A stretch of DNA of 63,987 nucleotides, filler included, from Craspedostauros australis (Eukaryota), in NCBI GenBank assembly GCA_030167865.1. It is 9 parts of 9 records of this genome, joined end to end, with 100 filler letters (N's around TTAATTAATTAA, not from the genome) between each part and the next. Parts side by side here need not be neighbours in the genome. Positions count along the whole stretch, not along the records: positions 52,036 to 62,565 come from JALAGF010003742.1; positions 62,666 to 63,987 come from JALAGF010003790.1; 7 more parts are not named here. One strand, given 5' to 3'. A program made the position numbers and the translations under genes. The notes beneath the pieces were generated by a model that worked only from the letters and a program-made list of their open reading frames with translations, was not told the origin of the DNA and searched no databases. Of this stretch, positions 55,766 to 63,987 are shown one piece after another. The stretch's first letter is position 1, and the number at the start of each line of letters is the position of its first letter.

Positions 55766-56659
55766 TCACGCTGCTGCGGCCGCCGCTCCGGTCGACCGGC
55801 AGCCAATCCATTGGATGGCATTGCGCAGGAACAAGCGGAACTGCGATGCTTCCGCCGTGCAGCCATCGTCTTGCTGTTCCAACATGACGATGGATGCCAA
55901 CAGACTCCGGAAGCACCGCATCGCCGCATCCTGCAGCTGCAGCTTGAGGTTGGCAACGCCGAGGTTGTTGACGATGGCGGCGACGAGCAGGGAACTGCCA
56001 TCGAGGCTGCGATCTTCGTACAGCATCAGCGCCAGATCGTACAATCGGATGGCCTTGCGCAGCTTGCTGCTGGCCTTGGTGGGACTTGCAGCATGCGTGC
56101 TGTAGAGATGGTGCGAGATGGCGAGATTGAATACGATGACAGCAGATGTAGCCAAGGAGATCTCGTACATGCCCGCCGCATCGGCAGGTGCGCGCGGCGT
56201 GATGAACATGGGGGTGGTGTAGATGTAGTGCCCATTGACCGTATCATCATCATCATCATGATCGTTCGCAGAACTACTGTTGGTTGCGGCAGCGGTGGTG
56301 CCGCCGTCGTTGTTGGTGGTTGGGGCAGGAGTGATGGTGCATGCAGGGTTGGCTGCCTGGGCAGGCACGGTTGGTGCGGATGCCCAAGAAGGCGTCCCTG
56401 CATGCTGCGCAGTGGTGTCACGGGTCGTCACCATCTGATCCAGCCGGATGACCTGACCTGGGCGCAGGATGTCAGCCTTGTTCGTTGCGTTGTGGTGAGC
56501 AGCGAAAGTGCCATCGATTTCACAGGCGCGAATGTAGTGCTTCGAGGCCTTCAAGGCGTTGGACAGATGCTTGATGGCATCGTCGTAGTTGCAGTCATGC
56601 AAGGCGTGAGCACCATGGTTGTTGAGTTCGATGGCGCATTGGAGTTCCTGGTGAAGCAT
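55766..56659 (-). CDS. TPR-like helical protein of a diatom-type family
   Basis: AIELNNHGA, YIYTTPMFI, SAVIVFNLAISHHL, KAIRLYDLA, IVNNLGVA, terminal GAAAAA*. Confidence 0.8.
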   Translation of the reverse strand: MLHQELQCAIELNNHGAHALHDCNYDDAIKHLSNALKASKHYIRACEIDGTFAAHHNATNKADILRPGQVIRLDQMVTTRDTTAQHAGTPSWASAPTVPAQAANPACTITPAPTTNNDGGTTAAATNSSSANDHDDDDDTVNGHYIYTTPMFITPRAPADAAGMYEISLATSAVIVFNLAISHHLYSTHAASPTKASSKLRKAIRLYDLALMLYEDRSLDGSSLLVAAIVNNLGVANLKLQLQDAAMRCFRSLLASIVMLEQQDDGCTAEASQFRLFLRNAIQWIGCRSTGAAAAAA

Positions 56660-57932
56660 GGCTGGGTTTGCTGCTACTATTGCTGTTTGTGATGGAGGAG
56701 TGCCGGGATTGTTGGTTGTCGATTTTATGAGCTGGTGGACTGGTTGTCTTCTGCCGCTCTGTCTGTCTCCGTACACTCCGTGCAAGGGTGTGGCGTGGCG
56801 TCAGTACAATCTACAAGCACCGATGGCGTTGGTGACGTCCGATGATGTCGGTCATGGACGGACACCAACGATGGGACCAACCGGGCTGTGTGCACACAAG
56901 GTGACGCAGCGAACGACCAATCCAGTACGAGAAGACACGATGAAAGGAACAAGGGCGAGGGCGATCCAGGCTTCGCGGGGATCGCCATTGATGCCGTCAT
57001 CCACTGCGGCGGCCGATAGAGTCGTTCAACCACCCGTGTGTGTGCGTGTGTTTTCCTTGCGGTTGTGCATGACCGTGTCTGCCGAGTGCAGAGTGTTCTT
57101 CGATGCGTCGACGGTGCTTCGGCGGTGGAGTGACAAGTCACCCGCCTTTTTAATCTGTATCGCCATTCCCACCCACCGCATGATCGGGCTGTCCACATGT
57201 GGTCCTCCATGACTGGGTGAGTGGACTCCTACGCCTGCTTCTTCTGCCACGATCTGTTGGATGCCGTTTCTCTGTGCATAGCCGTACCATACGACCTCGC
57301 TCGTACCATACATGCCACAAGCATAGTACCATACATGCCACAAGCATAACTGCTGCAGAATGTTTCTATCAATGTGATGAGTGGACACACGCAACGAGGG
57401 ACGGAAAGGATTCTTTCTCCTTCTCCGTGGTGTTCGGTCACACTGCGCAAATGGCACTACGAGTGGAAAGGAAGTGGCGAAACTGACCGGTGTCGACAGA
57501 ATAACCAACCGCAACAATCCACGCAACAGTTGGAACGCACAAATTGTCGTTGCGTGGGCGGTCATGGCCTCCGTTCGTTGTGGAATGTGTCGATGACTAA
57601 ACACAGAGAGAAAGAGAGATGCCGTTCCCTTTGTAGCCGCCTTTGGCACAGCAACCAACAGATGCGAAAAGAACTGTCCGATACAAAGCAAGACCTATCA
57701 ACGGAGAGGCACAAACGTTCTGCAAATGCCGGTTCCAGTCGAATACTTCCTCTCAGAGTACAGTTTCTCTCCGCGGATTGATTTCACTTGCCGTTCATGT
57801 CGCTTCACCATAGGTCGTACTCATGTCGACAGATGACACAGATGTTTGTGCATGCCTCTCGCACCATGGCTCTATACGATCAACTCTACCAAATTCTCAA
57901 TTCGACTCTACCCACGAGTACGACCTGGTCCA

Positions 57933-60088
57933 CTACTTGCCGCCATCGCCCAATCCCAATTGATTGGCAATATATATGGCACCCAGCGGGTTGCCCGCCT
58001 CAGACATGGCACGCAGCCGATCCTTGACGCAATCCAGTAGACATTCCATGCTGCCGTCGAACGCATCAGGCTTGGGTCGTTGATCCTCCGCAATGACTTC
58101 CACCATCGTCGATACCGTTGCCGCCGGCGCCTTGCTGAAGTCGAGGTTGGCGTCCGACAACGTGCCACCCGTTCCTTGCACCATCGACGCGACGTGAGCA
58201 TCGAGCTTGCACAGATGCGCCACCAACTCTTGCAGTTCCAAGAATGCGCCGCAGATGTAGTGACGTGTGGCCTTCGAAGCATGCTGCCCCGGAGTCCAAT
58301 CGGGGATGGGTTCAAAACGAGAATCCTTCGTCGCGACAGTGCGCGAACAGAAGGGGTGGATCAGATCATCGGGCGGCATATCAAACTCCAAAATGAGCAT
58401 GCCCGGAATCTCCCACGGATCTTCGCTGGACGACGACGATGACTGCTGCAACAGCCGGATGCCGCAAATATGCGCAATGGGAAAACAAAAGCGGAAACAT
58501 TTGGAACGAAAGAATTCGCCCGACATGGCCTTGACGTGACAGATCTTGCGCACGGTCTGCTGCGACCGCACGTCGCTGCCGATCGATTGGATTCCGGCCG
58601 GCGGATTGCACGTGATGGTCGTGTTGTACTGATGCAGCAGGGCGACGTCGGGCAGCTGCTGCATCCGATCGCTGCGCAAGCGGCCGGCGCCTGGGGGCGG
58701 TTTGTACTCGTAGCAGTCGTATATGAAGAAGTTGCGGGCGGCGTCCAACCGGATGCTGAATTGGTTGGGATAGGCGGCGACGAGGCGTCCGAATGCATCG
58801 GCATGCACAAAATGGATCGCCTTGAGATGGTGCGAGGCCTTCGTGACTACGGGTGCGTACTTGTTGGGCGTGGCGATGCCCATGTGGGAGACCTGCTCAT
58901 CGTCTTGCGGTCGCGTGCCGGGGTGGCGGAATGTGAATTCGTCCGTGCCTTGTCCAATGACCGAGAGGTCGACATCGGAATGCCTGTGTCGATGATCGTG
59001 GGCTGTCGCATCGCGGCTGGTTTCGGTGTCGTAGGCACCCAGATCGACGATGGGTCCCCTCTGCCGAAATTCCTTGAGGGATGTCATGGAGACGTAAGCA
59101 CGGAATCGGCAGTCTTGTGGCGTGACGCGCACGCCGATAGAATCGCTGAGCATCGATTGGATGCCCTTGGCGGTGAGGAAGATGCGGCGGATGTGATAGT
59201 TGGACCAGCCGTAGAGCTCAATGGGTTCATCCAGCAGCTGCTTTACGACGTGTTCGTACACCATGTAGTCGTTGGCCCGTTTGTCAAAATGCTTAAAGAT
59301 CTGTAGCGCCACCAAGGTGATGGGGTCCGCGTGATTCTTCTGATCTTGTACGCTGATGTTGGATGGCGGGGCGGCCTGCAGCAGAGGTGCGATGGCGACG
59401 GCCCGGACATCCGACAGTCGCTTGCAAACTGGCTTGTGGTGCTTCCAGTGTGTACGTTGGCATTCCTTGTTCTGCGGAGCACGGCGTGTTATCGAGAGCG
59501 CCGAGGATGCCCATGGGATTTTGGAGGCGGCGGCGGCGCAAAGATTGGTGGTGGTGGTGAGCGGCAGGAGAGAGCAAAAAGTGGCAGCGCAATGCAGTCA
59601 AAAGAAGAGGATAGCAGAGCCAAGCATAATATGCTAGGATCTGCTCTGCCACACTTCCTCCAACACGCGACGAAAGAACATGCAAAAATGGAGAAAGAGC
59701 CCGAACTTACGCAATAAACGGCCAATCGACAGGCTGAGCAGAAGCTCTTGGCATTGAGCTTGCCGCAGTATCCGCAAATGCCCGGCATGCTGGTGTGGAA
59801 GACCGAACAGTGCGCCGTCTTGAATTCGTTGGCATGCGCTCCATGATTGTGGTTATGCGGGCGCGTTGCTTGCTGTTGTGCGGCGACTTGAGTATTGCTG
59901 GTGCTGCTGCTGTTGTTGTGATGCCGATGATTGACACGTCGATGCGGACCTGGTGGTGCTCGTCGCGATGCCAATTGTGGGAACCGATCCTCGATGCTCT
60001 GAGCTGGAGTGTGCACAGGATTGCGCATGGGGTGATGCGATGACAACGCAGGTCTCGCAGCCTCTGGAGGCGTCGTGGTTGTCGTCAT
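57933..60088 (-). CDS. MYND zinc-finger protein, two exons (60088-59711, 59471-57933)
   Basis: Intron GTAAGT...CCGCAG joins CGYCGKLNAKSFCSACRLAVYC to NKECQRTHWKHHKPVC, continuing in frame into the 460-aa ORF. Confidence 0.88.
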
Positions 60089-60269
60089 TCTGTCCTGTGC
60101 CTCAGTGGAGTGGCGCTGCGAGGTATGGACTGAATGAATGAATGAATGAGGTGATTGGTGGAGCGATTGCTTCGCTCACGTCTCTCTCGCAGTTTGCTTG
60201 TTGTCCAACCCACCGTTGCCTCTCGATTGTCGGGGCTTCCCTCGTCGACCAGCAATCGTCCACTTCGAA

Positions 60270-60272
<3 letters not shown>

Positions 60273-60306
<34 letters not shown>
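60273..60306. repeat. (CT)n microsatellite
   Basis: Direct inspection. Confidence 0.9.
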
Positions 60307-60309
<3 letters not shown>

Positions 60310-60884
60310 CTCTATCCTTATCAACGGATCAGGAAATGGTCAGTTCTGTCGATGATGTCCTTCTTATCTCTTGACTTGTGCGTGCGTGTGCCTGTTGGTA
60401 TCGTGATAGTGGTTGTTTGAGTGGAGCAGGAGAGCTATCATCAATGAATGCGCTCCAGGTGCGAAATTTCGCTGCGTGGTTGTGCATGTGATTGTGAATG
60501 AGATTGCGTGCGTTGTTCAGGGAAACGCTTCGGGTGACAAAAAAGTTTGATGCCATCTGCGTCGGTCATTTCCAAAACAAACAAATCGGAGTAGACTTTA
60601 GCGTTGGGACTAGTGGCTAATGGCTAATTTCCGGTTTTTGGCGCTTTTTGGAAATTTTTGGTAACCATTGGCATATCGCCGACGGCACAAGCAACCATTC
60701 GATGAGTTGATGGCCGTTGCCTGACATCGTCACATTATTAGAGAGAGGAGAGTGAGAGCTCTCTGTTGATGTGGTCATTGTTGGCAAACGGTCTCCGCTT
60801 CATGTTCATCTTGATGCCTCTGTTAACCCTTTATCGGCCTTTTTCATACGGACGACGTACGGACAAGAATCCGGAATTTTTTCG

Positions 60885-62429
60885 TTGGTAACCATTGGTA
60901 ACTGCGTAGAGCCTACGACATTCTGGTACAGAAATTTGTTGCTTCTTGGTCCAATCTCGGCCGACGGCCTTCCAAAGACCCGCATCCAATTCTGTTTCGT
61001 CTATTGCTCAAGTGGATGGCATGGTTGTATTCGTTGCTTCATTCCGCTTCGGGTGGTGTGCTGGTCAACGGTCCAGACTGCTTTTGTGCGTTGCTTTGGG
61101 TGTTTGAAGTCAGTCACTACTGCTCGTGACAGCCATGATCATCGATCCGTGAACGCACAAAAGTTCGCGCCAAAAATTATCGTGCGTTTTTACGTGTTGT
61201 TGAGTCGGACTGTGCTCCTCATCTGACTCTCTCTTCGTTGTGCAAGGTTGTTCATCGCCCTGTCGTAGGATCATCGTGCCGTTGCTTTCAATCGATGCAG
61301 TAGTCTCTCTTGCACCTGCCCGTGTAACATTGGTCATAGTCCTTCACTTCCTCCAAAGATATACAACTGCAAGTTCATCTCGTGGCTTTACCGCGTACTA
61401 TCCTCGCGAGGAAACACCGCTTCCTACTCACGCGCCACAACTGTCTTCGTTGACACTGGTTGCTACACCCTCGCAAAGACTAGCCCCCCATCTCACGCTC
61501 ACGCCATGGATGAATTCGTTGACGCAGGCGCTGTTCATGCTCTATCAAAACGCGTTCCAACCGTTCTGTGGAGGAAACCTGATGTTCGTTACTGATCTTC
61601 AGCGCCGCTGTGGCCAATCGAACGCTGGCCTCTACATTGCGCGCGCGATACATGCTAAAATGCGCGCACATGGCGTGGAAATTATGCGCAGCGCAGTTGC
61701 ACATGCTCAGCGATGTGGAGGATCCAATGAAGAGCGATCGGAGCATGGCGAGATTGAACTCCTCAGTGTGAAACAGTCGACTCTGCTCTATTCTGGACTG
61801 CTATTGTGTGCTGCTGCTAACCAAGGGATCATTGCTCTCCCAAGCAGGATGGATGCAACGATACACATGCCTCCAAGTTGCTGTTGCCGAGAAGGTTGCT
61901 GGTGTACGGCATTCTGGAGTAGAACTGAAACGCTATTGTAGAAATTATCAACCGAAATCAACTACAGTGCAAGTGCAATACGATGAACGAAGTCGCAATG
62001 GATGATACCAGGATACAAGGAACTGATCATAGCATGTGAGGAACACATCGGTTGGCACCACATTGTTTTGTGATCATTTCAACCACGTGTTAACACGCGC
62101 TGGGGCACACAGAAATTCGCCACGATACATCGCGGTGATTGGCATTCGTGAATGGGAACAAAGAGTGCCTGCTCCAGAGAAACAAGCAGATCTCGACAAA
62201 TACCCAACCAATCACCACCAAAGTTGGAGAGGGCGATGAAAAGCCACATATGAGTGCTCGAGAAAGGAGAGCTCAAACAAAAGGAGCGGCATGAACTTGC
62301 CGAGGAGGTTTGTGGCAGAAAAGGTGATTATTGGGCCGGTTCACGTGGGACTGACGTACAAAATGTACCAGAGTCTACAGAGAAATTGACTCATACGACT
62401 AGTAACCAATTGTTACCAATGGTTACCAA
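60885..62429. mobile_element. Possible degenerate non-autonomous element delimited by inverted repeats
   Basis: TTGGTAACCATTGGTAAC (60885-60902) perfectly inverted at 62412-62429; no convincing ORF inside. Confidence 0.4.
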
Positions 62430-62665
62430 AAGAATTGGCCTCCACTCAAGCCAAAGACACTAGAGAATAGAATACGCCGCGCGCTGAACATAAACCTTGA
62501 CAGTGATCGGATAGAACAGTTTAGACACACTATTATAGAGCCCAATGGGACGGCTTAAACCTGTGNNNNNNNNNNNNNNNNNNNNNNNNNNNNNNNNNNN
62601 NNNNNNNNNTTAATTAATTAANNNNNNNNNNNNNNNNNNNNNNNNNNNNNNNNNNNNNNNNNNNN

Positions 62666-63502
62666 AAGGTGCAGAGAGACGCCATCTCGTACTCCTCCAC
62701 GTATCCTTACCTCATCGTCACGATCGGAACAGGAGTGTCCATCCTGCGTGTGGATGGACCGCGCAAGCACGAGCGTATCTCCGGTTCCACCATCGGCGGC
62801 GGAACGTACTGGGGGCTGATCCGGCTGCTCACGGATGTGGAAGACTTCGAGGATGTCCTGAAGCTCGCATACCGCGGTGACCCCACCAAGGTCGACATGA
62901 TGGTCGGCGACATTTACGGCAACAACAGCGACGCCCTGGAGAAGCTGGGGCTGCCTTCGCACGTCGTCGCCTCGTCCTTCGGCAAGCTGGTGGCCAAGGA
63001 AGATCCGGCCGAAGGGCTGACTCAGGAGGATCTGGCCCGCGCCCTCCTCCTTATGGTCACCAACAACATTGGCCAGGTCGCCTACCTCAACGCCAAACTC
63101 CACAAAACACCCCGCATCTATTTCGTCGGCAACTTTCTGAGACGCAACAAGCTGTCGCAGAAACGACTCAGCTACGCCATCTCCTACTGGAGCAAGGGTG
63201 AGATGGAGGCCTTGTTCTTGGAGCACGAAGGGTACTTCGGAGCGCTGGGTGCCTTCCTGCTCTCCCAAAACATCTCCGATGATACACAAGGATTTACAAA
63301 TTGGAATGAACGTCAGGGGTCATCCGGCAGCAGTAGCGACAGTGGAAAATCGAATGCTGCTTCTTGTACCGCAAAAGACGATGGGACTGCATCTGTATCT
63401 GGAGATGGAACGGAAGCTGAAGCAATCCCGCCACCAACATCGCAAAAACGATCCGTCTCCAGCTCGTTCTTTCAAAAACGTAGCAAAACATTTGCGACGT
63501 GA
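62666..63502 (+). CDS. PANK: Type II (eukaryotic, Fumble) pantothenate kinase, C-terminal part
   Basis: YPYLIVTIGTGVSIL, GSTIGGGTYWGL, VDMMVGDIYG, VASSFGK, NNIGQVAYL, FLEHEGYFGALGAFL. Confidence 0.93.
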   Translation, partial: KVQRDAISYSSTYPYLIVTIGTGVSILRVDGPRKHERISGSTIGGGTYWGLIRLLTDVEDFEDVLKLAYRGDPTKVDMMVGDIYGNNSDALEKLGLPSHVVASSFGKLVAKEDPAEGLTQEDLARALLLMVTNNIGQVAYLNAKLHKTPRIYFVGNFLRRNKLSQKRLSYAISYWSKGEMEALFLEHEGYFGALGAFLLSQNISDDTQGFTNWNERQGSSGSSSDSGKSNAASCTAKDDGTASVSGDGTEAEAIPPPTSQKRSVSSSFFQKRSKTFAT

Positions 63503-63741
63503 TGATGATGATGATGCGATGATTATGACAATTACGACTTCGGCTACAATGACGAGGATGCAAGGCGAGAGTGCCGCGCGGCGATTCGAATTGCAGAAAT
63601 CGAACAGTGCTTGATAAAGTTGAGCAGTATCATTGACTATAGCGAGAGTAGTCGAGTGGAGTGGCAGAGGAGCAGAGTAGTAGAATAGTTTGGTTTGATT
63701 TGCCATTTCTTGTCTCAGATTNTNGCTTCGGTGCTACGATC

Positions 63742-63987
63742 TCAGCTCGGCTTGCTGCGCTTTGCCGGACGCACCAGCACCCCGTCCAACAACTCGACGA
63801 TGCCATTGTGGCCCTTCTCCTTCGCGATTTCCCGCGCGGTTTGACCGCTTGTGTTCTTTACGCTGAGATCAAATTTCACAGCATGTCTGGGATCGATCAG
63901 TAACTCCATGCATCTCCTTCCATTCTGCCTACTCGCCAAGTGCAAGGGTGTATCGCCGTCCTGATTTTGAATCGTAGCATCTGCTCC
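63742..63987 (-). CDS. Ankyrin repeat protein C-terminus (continues beyond window)
   Basis: GADATIQNQDGDTPLHLASRQNG...KNTSGQTAREIAKEKGHNGIVELL. Confidence 0.85.
   Translation of the reverse strand, partial: GADATIQNQDGDTPLHLASRQNGRRCMELLIDPRHAVKFDLSVKNTSGQTAREIAKEKGHNGIVELLDGVLVRPAKRSKPS

Overview
Eukaryotic nuclear DNA, most likely a diatom: GT-AG introns, DUF6824-type genes and a bipartite plastid-targeting presequence are all present. The window is nine contigs joined by artificial 100-nt spacers (44 N + TTAATTAATTAA + 44 N), so adjacency across spacers is not biological evidence. Contig 1 holds ordinary genes: a degenerate 3' chlH fragment, an ankyrin protein, a UVR-motif coiled-coil protein, two DUF6824 genes, a BTB protein with a BTB-less paralog, a claudin-like protein and a plastid membrane protein. 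The middle is transposon-rich. It has two copies of an intron-containing piggyBac-like transposase whose DDD core appears interrupted by a complete YqaJ/lambda-exonuclease-like nuclease domain (best candidate for a novel system). It also has the right part of a multi-gene PIF/Harbinger-like element, with a related ~725-bp MITE sharing its terminal repeat and 20-bp array. The rest holds STAND-ATPase fragments, LRR, TPR-like, MYND, pantothenate kinase and ankyrin genes, plus several pseudogenes. All family calls come from motif recognition by eye; no database searches were run.
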